Source: Gammaproteobacteria bacterium (GTDB lineage Bacteria; Pseudomonadota; Gammaproteobacteria; Burkholderiales; SG8-39). Taken from it: a stretch of DNA of 32,765 bases. The stretch's first letter is position 1. Every line of letters starts with the position of its first letter. The stretch is taken from contig JBGQKK010000003.1 in assembly GCA_041499545.1 (NCBI GenBank), forward strand, positions 1 through 32,765, in the 5' to 3' direction. Shown here piece after piece: positions 17,416 through 25,872 of this stretch. Position numbers and translations under genes: made by a program. A model generated the notes under the pieces. The model was not told where the DNA came from and did not search any database. It saw only the letters and a list, made by a program, of their open reading frames with translations.

Positions 17416-18648
17416 GTGGCACCCAACGCGCTACTGAAAAAGCCCGGGTGGCTCGTGCTCGCCTTGGCGGCGGCGGGAGCCGCGGCCTTCTTTTCCCGCG
17501 ATGCGATCCTGGGCAAGCCGGTCGAGGCCCACGAAGCGATCCGTGGCGACCTCGTTCAGACGGTGGTGGCGAGCGGACGCATCATCACGCCGCAGCGTGT
17601 CTCGATCGGAGCGGTGATCACCGAGCGCGTGGCGCGCATCCCGGTGCAGGAGGGGCAGAGGGTGCGCCGCAACGACGTTCTGATCGAGCTGGACGACAGG
17701 GACGAGCGCGCTGCGCTCGAGCAGGCGCGCGCGGCCCTGGCGCAGGCGGAAGCCAAGCTGCGGCAGCTGCGCGAAGTCGCGTTGCCCGCGGCGGAGCAGT
17801 CCCTGCTGCAGGCGCAGGCCAACGAGCTGCAGGCACGCCAGGCCTACGATCGCACCCAATCGCTGCGCTCGCAGGGTTTCGTCGGCCAGTCCCAGCTCGA
17901 TGACGCCAAGCGAAACCTGGACGTCGCGGCGAGCCAATTGCGTGCCGCGCGCATTCAGGTGGAGACGAACGGGCCCTCGGGGAGCGATTTCGCTCTGGCG
18001 CAAACGGCCCTCGAGCAGGCGCGCGCAAACCTGCGCGCGGCGCAGGCGAAGCTCGAGCAGACAGTGATCCACGCGCCGGCCGGCGGCGTGCTCATCGGGC
18101 GCAGCGTCGAGCCGGGAAATGTCGTTCAACCGGGAAAGGAGCTGATGGCGCTCGCGCCTTCGGGCGAGACCCAGGTCGTCGTGCAGATCGACGAGCGCCA
18201 GCTCTCGCGGCTCGCGCTCGGGCAGAAGGCGCTCGGGTCGGCCGACGCCTTTCCGAACCAGCGCTTCGCGGCGGAGCTCGTCTACGTCAACCCCGCGGTC
18301 GATCCGCTGCGCGGCTCGGTCGAGGTGAAGCTGCGGGTGCCTGAGCCGCCGGCGTATCTGGTGCAGGACATGACCGCGTCGGTGGACATCGAGGTGGCGC
18401 GGCGCGCCGACACGGTCTACGTTCCGACCGAGACCGTGCACGACGTGAACGGAACCCAGCCCTGGGTGCTCGCGATCCGCGGGTTCCGTGCCGCGCGCCA
18501 GCCGGTGAAGCTGGGCTTGCGCGGCGACGGGCGGATCGAGATCCTCGACGGCGTCGAGGCGGGCGACAAATTGATCCCCGCGACCAACGCGGTCGTGAGA
18601 GCCGGGCAGCGCGTGCGCGCGGTCGCTCCGCAGAATTCGCCCCGATGA
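17416..18648 (+). CDS. Efflux membrane fusion (periplasmic adaptor) protein, HlyD/MacA-like
   Basis: N-terminal TM, lipoyl half-motifs (VQEGQRV...LIELD; IHAPAGGV...VEPG..VQPG), long Ala/Gln-rich hairpin. Confidence 0.9.
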   Translation: MAPNALLKKPGWLVLALAAAGAAAFFSRDAILGKPVEAHEAIRGDLVQTVVASGRIITPQRVSIGAVITERVARIPVQEGQRVRRNDVLIELDDRDERAALEQARAALAQAEAKLRQLREVALPAAEQSLLQAQANELQARQAYDRTQSLRSQGFVGQSQLDDAKRNLDVAASQLRAARIQVETNGPSGSDFALAQTALEQARANLRAAQAKLEQTVIHAPAGGVLIGRSVEPGNVVQPGKELMALAPSGETQVVVQIDERQLSRLALGQKALGSADAFPNQRFAAELVYVNPAVDPLRGSVEVKLRVPEPPAYLVQDMTASVDIEVARRADTVYVPTETVHDVNGTQPWVLAIRGFRAARQPVKLGLRGDGRIEILDGVEAGDKLIPATNAVVRAGQRVRAVAPQNSPR

Positions 18649-19868
18649 ATCGCTTCACTCCTTTCGAATGGATCGCAGCGACGCGCTTCATGCGCGAGGG
18701 GCTGGTGCAGACGCTGCTGATCGTCGCCGGCGTCGCTCTGGGCGTTGCGGTCATCGTATTCATGTCCGCGGCGCTCGCCGGCTTGCAGACCAACATCATC
18801 CGCCGCACGCTCAACTACATGGCGCCCATCGTCGTCATTCCGCCGCAGCAGGTCGCGCGGCCGCTTCGGGAAGACGGGAAAGGGTCGGCGGTCCTGGTGC
18901 AGCCCAGGTCGCAGCAATTGCGTTCGATCGACCAGTGGCAGAAAGTGCGCGCGCAGATCGAGCGGCTCCCGGATGTGACCGCCGTCACCCCCGTGGTGTC
19001 CGGGCCCGGCTTCGCCCTGCGAGGGGACGCCAACAAGGCCGTCAACATCACGGGCATCGAGCCCGACACCTACCTCAACGTCATTTCCCTCGGCGACAAG
19101 ATCGTCGACGGGAAGCTGAGCGTCTCGAGCTCCGACATCATCATCGGCACCGAGCTGGCGCAGGACCTCGGCGCCGGCGTGGGCGACAAGCTGCGGCTGA
19201 CGACCGCGAGCGGCGCTTCGGCGACGCTCAACGTGACCGGAATTTTCGATTTCGGCAACAAGCGGGTCAACGAGGCCAACGTCTACATCAGCCTGCACGT
19301 CGCGCAAAGCCTGCTCAACCTCGTCGGCGGCGTGTCGAGCATCGAGCTGAGGGTGCGCGACCCGTTCGACGCTGAAACCGTCGCACGGATCATCCAGGAC
19401 GAGACCGGCCAGGAGGCCGACAGCTGGATCAAGACCAACGCGCAGTTCTTCACGGCGATGCTGGCGCAAACGCTCACCAACCGCCTGATACGCTTTTTCG
19501 TCGGCCTGACCGCGGCGCTCGGGATTGCGAGCGTGCTGGTCGTCTCGGTCGTGCAAAAGTCCAAGGAGATCGGCATCCTGCGCGCCATGGGCACCTCGCG
19601 CGGCCAGGTGCTGCGCGTGTTCCTGCTGCAGGGGGCGGTCATGGCGCTCGCCGGCTCCATTCTCGGCTCGGGCCTGTCGTTCGTGTTCATCGCCTTCTTC
19701 CGCAGCATCGCGAGGAATCCGGACGGCACGCTGATGTTCGTGATCGAGATCGACGCGCCTCTGATCGCGGTGACCGCGATCGGGGCCACGCTGGTCGGGC
19801 TTCTCGCCGCGGCGCTGCCGGCGCGGCTCGCGTCACGGCTCGATCCGGCGGTGGCCATTCGGGGATGA
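18645..19868 (+). CDS. ABC transporter permease (FtsX/MacB/LolC-E type)
   Basis: [10 protein letters not shown], large periplasmic domain ([14 protein letters not shown]), [36 protein letters not shown] overlap. Confidence 0.92.
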   Translation: MNRFTPFEWIAATRFMREGLVQTLLIVAGVALGVAVIVFMSAALAGLQTNIIRRTLNYMAPIVVIPPQQVARPLREDGKGSAVLVQPRSQQLRSIDQWQKVRAQIERLPDVTAVTPVVSGPGFALRGDANKAVNITGIEPDTYLNVISLGDKIVDGKLSVSSSDIIIGTELAQDLGAGVGDKLRLTTASGASATLNVTGIFDFGNKRVNEANVYISLHVAQSLLNLVGGVSSIELRVRDPFDAETVARIIQDETGQEADSWIKTNAQFFTAMLAQTLTNRLIRFFVGLTAALGIASVLVVSVVQKSKEIGILRAMGTSRGQVLRVFLLQGAVMALAGSILGSGLSFVFIAFFRSIARNPDGTLMFVIEIDAPLIAVTAIGATLVGLLAAALPARLASRLDPAVAIRG

Positions 19869-20635
19869 ACGTGGCCGAGACGGCTTCCGCCGAAACCCTG
19901 CGCCTCGAGGGCGTGCGCAAGTCCTACGGGGTCGGCACGCCCGTCGAGACCGAGGTGCTGCACGGGATCGATCTGCGCGTCAAGTCCGGCGAGTTCGCCG
20001 CGCTGATCGGACCGTCGGGAGGCGGCAAGAGCACGCTGCTGAACCTCATCGGTTTGCTCGATCAGCCCACCCGCGGGAAGGTGTGGATAGAGGGAGTCGA
20101 GTCGGACAGACTGGGCGACGCGGAGCGTACGCGCCTGCGAGGCCGGTCGATCGGCTTCGTGTTCCAGTATCACTATCTCCTGCCGGCGTTCACCGCGCTC
20201 GAGAACGTCATGATGCCCATGCTCGCCGTGCGGGGATTTCCCGATGACGCGATGCGCGAGCGCGCCGCGACGCTGCTCGATCAGGTCGGGCTCACGCCCT
20301 GGAAGGATCAGAAGACGAACGACATCTCCGGCGGCCAGCAGCAGCGGGTCGCGGTGGCGCGCTCGCTTGCCATGAAGCCGGCGCTGGTGCTCGCCGACGA
20401 GCCCACGGGAAACCTCGATACCAACACCGCCGACGGCGTGTTCGACGTCCTGCGCGCGGTCAACGAAGCGAGCGGAACGACCTTTCTCATCGTGACGCAC
20501 GACCCGCGGCTGGCGCAACGCTGCGACCGCATCATCGAGCTGGTCGACGGCCGTTTCGTGGCCGACCGGCTCAACCCCAACGTGGTCCGGCGCAGCGGGG
20601 CGACGTTTTCGGAGAGCGCGCAACGGGCTTCGTGA
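19865..20635 (+). CDS. ABC transporter ATP-binding protein (LolD/MacB type)
   Basis: Walker [37 protein letters not shown]. Confidence 0.94.
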   Translation: MNVAETASAETLRLEGVRKSYGVGTPVETEVLHGIDLRVKSGEFAALIGPSGGGKSTLLNLIGLLDQPTRGKVWIEGVESDRLGDAERTRLRGRSIGFVFQYHYLLPAFTALENVMMPMLAVRGFPDDAMRERAATLLDQVGLTPWKDQKTNDISGGQQQRVAVARSLAMKPALVLADEPTGNLDTNTADGVFDVLRAVNEASGTTFLIVTHDPRLAQRCDRIIELVDGRFVADRLNPNVVRRSGATFSESAQRAS

Positions 20636-20669
20636 CGCGCCGAATAGAATACGCTTTGGAGGAATTCAA

Positions 20670-20972
20670 ATGACCAAGCATTCGAAGCAGACTTCGGAGG
20701 AAATCGATTTCGCGGAAGTGACCAAGCTGATCCACGCGCTGGAGCGCGATCTCGCCAGCGTGCGCAAGGGCTCCCGCGACGTGCAGCTCCTGCGCGACGA
20801 AGTGGAGACGCTGAAGAACGTGCTCAACTCGCCGATCCGCAGGCATCATTGGGTGCGGGAGGGCCTGCATGCGGTGCGCGAGGCGGTCGAGAATGGAATG
20901 GAAACCGTTGTCGCGGACGGCCTGAAGGCGGGACAATACATCGCCGAGATCGGCAGAATACTCGGCATGTGA
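20670..20972 (+). CDS. Small helical hypothetical protein (100 aa)
   Basis: Strong GGAGG RBS, GC3-rich codons, fills the gap exactly. TAGAAT -10-like hexamer at 20645-20650. Confidence 0.8.
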   Translation: MTKHSKQTSEEIDFAEVTKLIHALERDLASVRKGSRDVQLLRDEVETLKNVLNSPIRRHHWVREGLHAVREAVENGMETVVADGLKAGQYIAEIGRILGM

Positions 20973-21009
20973 GCGCGTCCTCCGCGCTCGACTTCGAGGG
21001 AGGAGAGGC

Positions 21010-22041
21010 ATGCAGCAACAGTCTGCAGTCACGCGCTCGCGCTTAGGGCTGTGGGTCGGCGCTTTCGTCGGCTTCTACCGTCCCGGGGTCGAGGAAGTAC
21101 GGCGCCTGGACGCCGTCTCCAAATTCCTCTACTCCGCCCGCAGCGTGATTCTGGTCATATCCGCGCAGGCCGCGATCATCGCCGGGCTGCTTGCGCTCGC
21201 CGCCCGGCGGTTCGATGCGCTCGCGTTCGTGCTGGTTCTCGCCGGCTTCGTCGCCGCGCACATGATCAGCAACCTGAGCAACGATTACTTCGGCTACCGG
21301 CGCGGCCACGACACGCCCGATTCGCCGCGCATGCGCTACACGGTTCATCCGCTCGCGAGCGGCGTGCTCGAGGCGCGGACGCTCCTGACCGGGCTCGCGA
21401 TCCTCGCCGCGATCGGCCTGGGCATCGCCGCGTTCTTCATCGCCGAGCGAGGCTGGCCGGCCCTGGTCTTCGCCCTGGCGGGCATCGCGCTGCTCTTCCT
21501 CTACGACGCGGCGCCGGTGCCGCTGAAGAGCGTCGGCCTGGGAGAACCGGCGGTGTTTCTCGTGTGGGGGCCGCTGATGATAGGCGGCGGATACGCCATG
21601 ATCGCCGGAGAGATCTCGCCCGGCGCGTTCACCGCATCGGTTCCCTATGGGCTGGGCGTGATGGCGATCCTCGTCGGCAAGCACATCGATCAGAGGGACT
21701 TCGACGCGGGGAAGGGCATTCGTACGCTGCCGGTGCTTCTGGGCGAACGGGCGGCTCGCGCGCTCAACGTCGCGACCATCGTGCTCATCTATGTCGTCAC
21801 CGCGGCGCTGATCGCCTTCGGGCAGCTGACGCCGTTCGCCGCGTTCATCGCGGTCGCGCTCCCACGCGCCTGGCGCGCCGTGAAGCTCATGAGTCAACCC
21901 CGTCCGCAGGCGCCGCCCGAAGGCTACGTCGGCTGGCCCCTGTGGTATCACCGGGCGTGCCTCGCCCACAACCGGGTGTTCGGCTGGGCCTATATCCTGG
22001 GATTGGCGGGCGGCGCTGCCTGGCCCGGCGTGCGGCTCTGA
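21010..22041 (+). CDS. UbiA-family prenyltransferase, MenA-like
   Basis: SNLSNDYFGYRRGHD, PLKSVGLGE..VFLVWGPL, HIDQRDFD..KGIRTLPVLLG, multiple TMs, GGAGG RBS. Confidence 0.82.
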   Translation: MQQQSAVTRSRLGLWVGAFVGFYRPGVEEVRRLDAVSKFLYSARSVILVISAQAAIIAGLLALAARRFDALAFVLVLAGFVAAHMISNLSNDYFGYRRGHDTPDSPRMRYTVHPLASGVLEARTLLTGLAILAAIGLGIAAFFIAERGWPALVFALAGIALLFLYDAAPVPLKSVGLGEPAVFLVWGPLMIGGGYAMIAGEISPGAFTASVPYGLGVMAILVGKHIDQRDFDAGKGIRTLPVLLGERAARALNVATIVLIYVVTAALIAFGQLTPFAAFIAVALPRAWRAVKLMSQPRPQAPPEGYVGWPLWYHRACLAHNRVFGWAYILGLAGGAAWPGVRL

Positions 22042-22514
22042 GAGGGCTGCGCGAAAGACGCGCGGCCGAATCGGAGCTCGATATAGCTCCCGAGAATCGC
22101 CACGGCCGGATAGAGCACCCGTTCCTCGAGGTCGGCGTGGTGAACCAGCCGGAGCGCGAGCTCGGCGTATTCGACCCGGTTCTGTGCCTTCGCGGCCGCC
22201 ACGAGCTCCTCCACGGCCGCGGTGATCATGCGGTGCTCCGCGAGCATGTCGAGGATGCCGTTGCGCAAGCGCTCGCTCATCGCGAGGGCCTCGCTGAGCT
22301 CCGTGTCGCTCGGCCTCAGGCCCCGCGATACTTCCTCCAGCAGCCCGAGCGGGGGGTGCGCGAATACCTCTTCCTTCTCCATATGCGGAGTCATGACGCG
22401 CAACAGCCGCTTCGCGGCGGCGCCGATCGCGCCGACCTCCCGGGAGGCGCGCGCGACGCCATCGTGCAGCTCTTCGTGGTCGAGCTTGAGCACCTGTGGA
22501 ATGGCGAGCGGCAT
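21990..22514 (-). CDS. Hemerythrin/HHE-domain protein
   Basis: DHEELH, HMEKEE, MLAEH and HADLEERVLYP give an H/HxxxE di-metal ligand pattern. Start is probably the ATG at 22514 (MPLAIP). Confidence 0.78.
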   Translation of the reverse strand: MPLAIPQVLKLDHEELHDGVARASREVGAIGAAAKRLLRVMTPHMEKEEVFAHPPLGLLEEVSRGLRPSDTELSEALAMSERLRNGILDMLAEHRMITAAVEELVAAAKAQNRVEYAELALRLVHHADLEERVLYPAVAILGSYIELRFGRASFAQPSQSRTPGQAAPPANPRI

Positions 22515-22575
22515 TAAGGCCTCGAGTTCAGCCGGCGGTATGCCGTGCCGCCGCACGCGCCCGGCGCCTCTCGCC

Positions 22576-23364
22576 TCAGTGCGACTGCCCCAGCACCTTG
22601 CGCAGCCCGTCCACGTCGAGAATGTGGATGCGCTTCTGCTGGACGCTGATCAGGCCGTCGTCCTGGAAGCGGGAGAAGGCACGGCTCACGGTTTCGAGCT
22701 TCAGGCCGAGATAGCTGCCGATCTCCTCGCGCGTCATGCGCAGGTTGAACTCCGAAGGGGAGTAGCCGCGCGCGGCGAAGCGCTGCGAGAGATTCATGAG
22801 GAAGGTCGCCAGGCGCTCCTCTGCGCGCATCGTGCCGAGCAGCAGCATCACGCCGTGCTCGCGCACGATCTCGCGGCTCATGACCTTGTGAAACTGGTGC
22901 CGCAACTCGTGCATGTCGCGGCCGAGGCTCTCCAGCCGCGAATATGGGATCACGCACACCTCGCTGTCTTCCAGCGCGACCGCGTTGAGGACGTGCGCGT
23001 CGGGACCGATTCCGTCCATGCCCATGATCTCGCCGGCCATGTTGAAACCGGTCACCTGGTCCCGCCCGTCCTCGAGCGTCTGCACCGTCTTGAAGAATCC
23101 GCTGCGGACCGCGTAGATCGAGCTGAACTCGTCTCCCGCCCGGTACAGGCTCTCTCCGCGCTTCACGCGGCGCCGGGTGTAGATCAGCTGGTCGACCCGG
23201 TCGACTTCCTGCCCGGAGAGGCCGCAGGGCAGGCACATTTCGCGCAGGCCGCAGGTGGAGCAGCGGGTCTGGACCTTCGCGACGTTCCCGTACGTCGCTT
23301 CGCGGACCGGGGTCGCGGGCCCGAGAATCGGGACGAACACGGCTGCGCTTGCTGTGGCTGTCAT
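22576..23364 (-). CDS. fnr: O2-sensing [4Fe-4S] Crp/Fnr transcription regulator
   Basis: CSTCGLREMC plus VCVIP Cys ligands, AEERLATFL, MTREEIGSYLGLKLETVSR (ExxSR recognition helix). ATG at 23364 with AAGGA RBS. Confidence 0.95.
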   Translation of the reverse strand: MTATASAAVFVPILGPATPVREATYGNVAKVQTRCSTCGLREMCLPCGLSGQEVDRVDQLIYTRRRVKRGESLYRAGDEFSSIYAVRSGFFKTVQTLEDGRDQVTGFNMAGEIMGMDGIGPDAHVLNAVALEDSEVCVIPYSRLESLGRDMHELRHQFHKVMSREIVREHGVMLLLGTMRAEERLATFLMNLSQRFAARGYSPSEFNLRMTREEIGSYLGLKLETVSRAFSRFQDDGLISVQQKRIHILDVDGLRKVLGQSH

Positions 23365-23401
23365 GGTGGTTTCCTTTCTCAATTTCGGATTTTTTGCTGT
23401 T

Positions 23402-23797
23402 CTAGTGACGTGTGGCGCCGAGCCCCGCGATGACCTCGCGGACCTTGGCGATTTCGCTGCTCTTGTCGAAGAAGTACGCGGCTCCCGCCTCCATGCAGAC
23501 GCGGCGGTACTGCGCATTCGGGTGGTTGGTCAGGACGATGAACACCGTGTCCGGCGTCTGCGGGTGCGCCCGGCGCAGCACGTCCAGCCCGCTGCCCCCG
23601 ATGAGGTGGATGTCGAGCACGACCGAGTCCGGCCGCGTGCGCAGGATGCCTTCGAGCGCCTCTGCGGGCGTTTCCGCCTGGCCCACCACGGTCACGCCCT
23701 CGATGCCGCCGAGCATCGCGGCCAAGCGCTCGCGGACCGAGGCCGAGTCCTCGACGATGAAGACGTTCATCTCGGCTTCGGACGGGGCGGTCTGCAT
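23402..23797 (-). CDS. Single-domain response regulator (receiver only)
   Basis: VFIVEDS, VVLDIHL..GSG, IVLTN, FFDK, with no output domain. Start is at 23797 or 23770. Confidence 0.88.
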   Translation of the reverse strand: MQTAPSEAEMNVFIVEDSASVRERLAAMLGGIEGVTVVGQAETPAEALEGILRTRPDSVVLDIHLIGGSGLDVLRRAHPQTPDTVFIVLTNHPNAQYRRVCMEAGAAYFFDKSSEIAKVREVIAGLGATRH

Positions 23798-23877
23798 GCC
23801 TACAGTATGCAAAGCGACGCCGTATCGGGCCATCAGCGGCGGCCTAAATGGGCGGTCGGAAAGCGCTGAAATGCGCT

Positions 23878-23914
23878 GTAGGAGGAGTCCCCTGGCGACT
23901 GGGAATCGTCCTAC
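23878..23914. promoter_or_regulatory. Imperfect inverted repeat, candidate operator upstream of receiver-fnr
   Basis: GTAGGAGGAGTCCC-N9-GGGAATCGTCCTAC, with 12 of 14 positions complementary. Confidence 0.45.
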
Positions 23915-24011
23915 CACCGGAGAACTGCGCGCAGGGACGGATCGCGAGTTCCGCGGCAAGACAAGGACTGCGGCGAGCGCGCTCCCGGCTGCTCCCGAAA
24001 GAACTCTGGAA

Positions 24012-24938
24012 TCAACGGCTACCGGCACGTTCGGCCTTCCGGCCGTACATGGCGGAGTCGGCGGAATTCAGGAGTGTGGCGCCATCCATGCCGTCCTCGG
24101 GGAAGAAGCTCATCCCGACGCTGCAGGCGATGCGAATGGCTCCGCGCGTCGTCGGCACCTCCCCCCGCAGGGATACGAGAACCCGGTTCATCGCCTGGGC
24201 TATCCCGTTCCGGCTTTCGGTCTCGTCGAGCAGCAGGACGAACTCGTCGCCGCCGAAGCGCGCCGCTATGTCGCCCGCGCGGACCTGCCCGGCGAGGCGC
24301 TCGGCCACGTGCCTCAGGATCTCGTCGCCGACGGCATGGCCGAAACGGTCGTTCACGCGCTTGAGCCCGTCGACATCGACCATCGCCACAGCGAAACTCC
24401 GGCCGTGCCGCTGCGCGCGAGCGATCATCTGCGACAGGCGCTCATTGAGCAGATACCGGTTGGGCAGGCCGGTCAGCGCGTCATGGTTGGCCTTGCGTTC
24501 GAGCCGCTCCCGCTCGGCGCGGGCCTCGGTGACGTCGTCGAGCACCGCAACGTAGTGCGTGAGCTTGCCGCCATCGTCCGGAACCGGCGCGATCATGAGA
24601 TGGTTCCAGAACAGGCTGCCGTTCCTGCGGTAATTGCGCAGCAGGACGCTCGCCGGACGCTTCTCCGCCAATGCCGCGCGCAGCGCATCCAGCTCGGGCT
24701 GCTCGCGGTCGTCGCCCTGCAGGAAGCGGCAGTTGCGCCCTAGGATTTCGTGCAGCAGGTAACCGGTCAGGCGCTCGAAGGCGACGTTCGCGAATACGAT
24801 CGGGTGATCCGCTACGGTGACGTCGGCCACGACGACCGGAATGACGCTGGCCCGCAGGGCGCGCTCCAGCAGCGTCGACTGCGACCCGATCGCAGCGGCG
24901 GACTTACCGGGGTTCCTCGCCGGATTCAGTAAGCGCAC
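24012..24938 (-). CDS. LOV(PAS)-GGDEF diguanylate cyclase
   Basis: PIVFAN.AF..LTGY...GRNCRFLQG...RNYRRNG..FWN, then HDALTGLPNR, DVDGLKRVNDRFGH, RAGD I-site and RFGGDEF. GTG start is uncertain (no clear RBS). Confidence 0.9.
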   Translation of the reverse strand: MRLLNPARNPGKSAAAIGSQSTLLERALRASVIPVVVADVTVADHPIVFANVAFERLTGYLLHEILGRNCRFLQGDDREQPELDALRAALAEKRPASVLLRNYRRNGSLFWNHLMIAPVPDDGGKLTHYVAVLDDVTEARAERERLERKANHDALTGLPNRYLLNERLSQMIARAQRHGRSFAVAMVDVDGLKRVNDRFGHAVGDEILRHVAERLAGQVRAGDIAARFGGDEFVLLLDETESRNGIAQAMNRVLVSLRGEVPTTRGAIRIACSVGMSFFPEDGMDGATLLNSADSAMYGRKAERAGSR

Positions 24939-25224
24939 GGCGGAGTCAGGAAGAAAAAGGCCGCGCAGGGGCCCGCACCGGCAGACCCCCGCGCGCCAAG
25001 GCCCTAGGGAAGGGCCACGAAATCGGCCATTGCGGGGTCAGGGAGAAGAGGGCCCACAACGACCGAGAAGCCTTGCTCGCGGCATCGCTCAAGTTCTCGC
25101 CACTCCTGTGGAAAATTCGGGTTTTACCCGTTTCATTTCGCATCGTGATGACGAAAGCATGGCCGGACAATACGCGCGAACGCGTACGTGGCAGCACGTA
25201 GGGGGTTGCCTGACAGGTTGAGAA

Positions 25225-25872
25225 CTAGGGGTTCGAAATGCGCTTGCGACGTGCCGCCGGCGCGGCCTGGAACAGGCCCGCGGCACGGGCAATGGCGGCA
25301 AGTCCGACGAGCGTCTTGGCTCCGGCCTTGCGCATAATGCGCGCGCGATGGATCTCGACGGTGCGGTGGCTGATTGCCAGGCGGCGTGCGATGTCCTTGC
25401 TGGAGTGTCCGGCCACGATGAAGGGCAACACATCGCGCTCACGGCTCGTCAACTCCTGCAGCGCCTTGCGCGCCGCCTCTCGCGACGCGCGTTCCGAGCG
25501 CCGGGCCGCGTCCTGTGCCAGCGCCTCGCCGACGCGGGCGAGCAGGGTGCGGCTGTCGGCGGGCTTTTGCAGGAAATCGATCGCGCCGGCCCGCAGCGCG
25601 CGCACCGAGCTCGGCACATCGCCGTGCCCGGTGAGAAAGATGATGGGAAGCTCGACGCCGCGCGCGGCGAGCGCTCCTTGCAGCTCGATGCCGCTCATTC
25701 CGGGAAGACGCATGTCCAACACGAGGCAGCCGGCCTGCCCGGGCTCGCAGGCCTCGAGGAAGCGCTCGGCGCTCTCGAAGAGCTTCACGCGGAAACGTCT
25801 GCCCTCGAGGAGCTGGGCCAGCGCGTCGCGCACCGCCGCGTCGTCCTCCACCACGTAGACGGTCCCGGTCAC
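25225..25872 (-). CDS. fixJ: FixJ-family response regulator (REC + LuxR HTH)
   Basis: VYVVEDD, CLVLDMRLPGMSG, IIFLTGHGDV, DFLQKP, LTSRE, ISHRTVEIHRARIMRK. GTG at 25872 overlaps the kinase stop (GTGA). Confidence 0.85.
   Translation of the reverse strand: MTGTVYVVEDDAAVRDALAQLLEGRRFRVKLFESAERFLEACEPGQAGCLVLDMRLPGMSGIELQGALAARGVELPIIFLTGHGDVPSSVRALRAGAIDFLQKPADSRTLLARVGEALAQDAARRSERASREAARKALQELTSRERDVLPFIVAGHSSKDIARRLAISHRTVEIHRARIMRKAGAKTLVGLAAIARAAGLFQAAPAARRKRISNP

Noticed and set aside
18645-20635. Naming the ABC genes lolCDE or macB
   Set aside because: It has a dedicated MFP (unlike Lol) and separate permease and ATPase genes (unlike fused MacB). The substrate is unknown.
24946-25197. 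83-aa ORF as a confident CDS
   Set aside because: No recognisable motif, atypical codon usage and no clear RBS. Kept only as a possibility in the findings.
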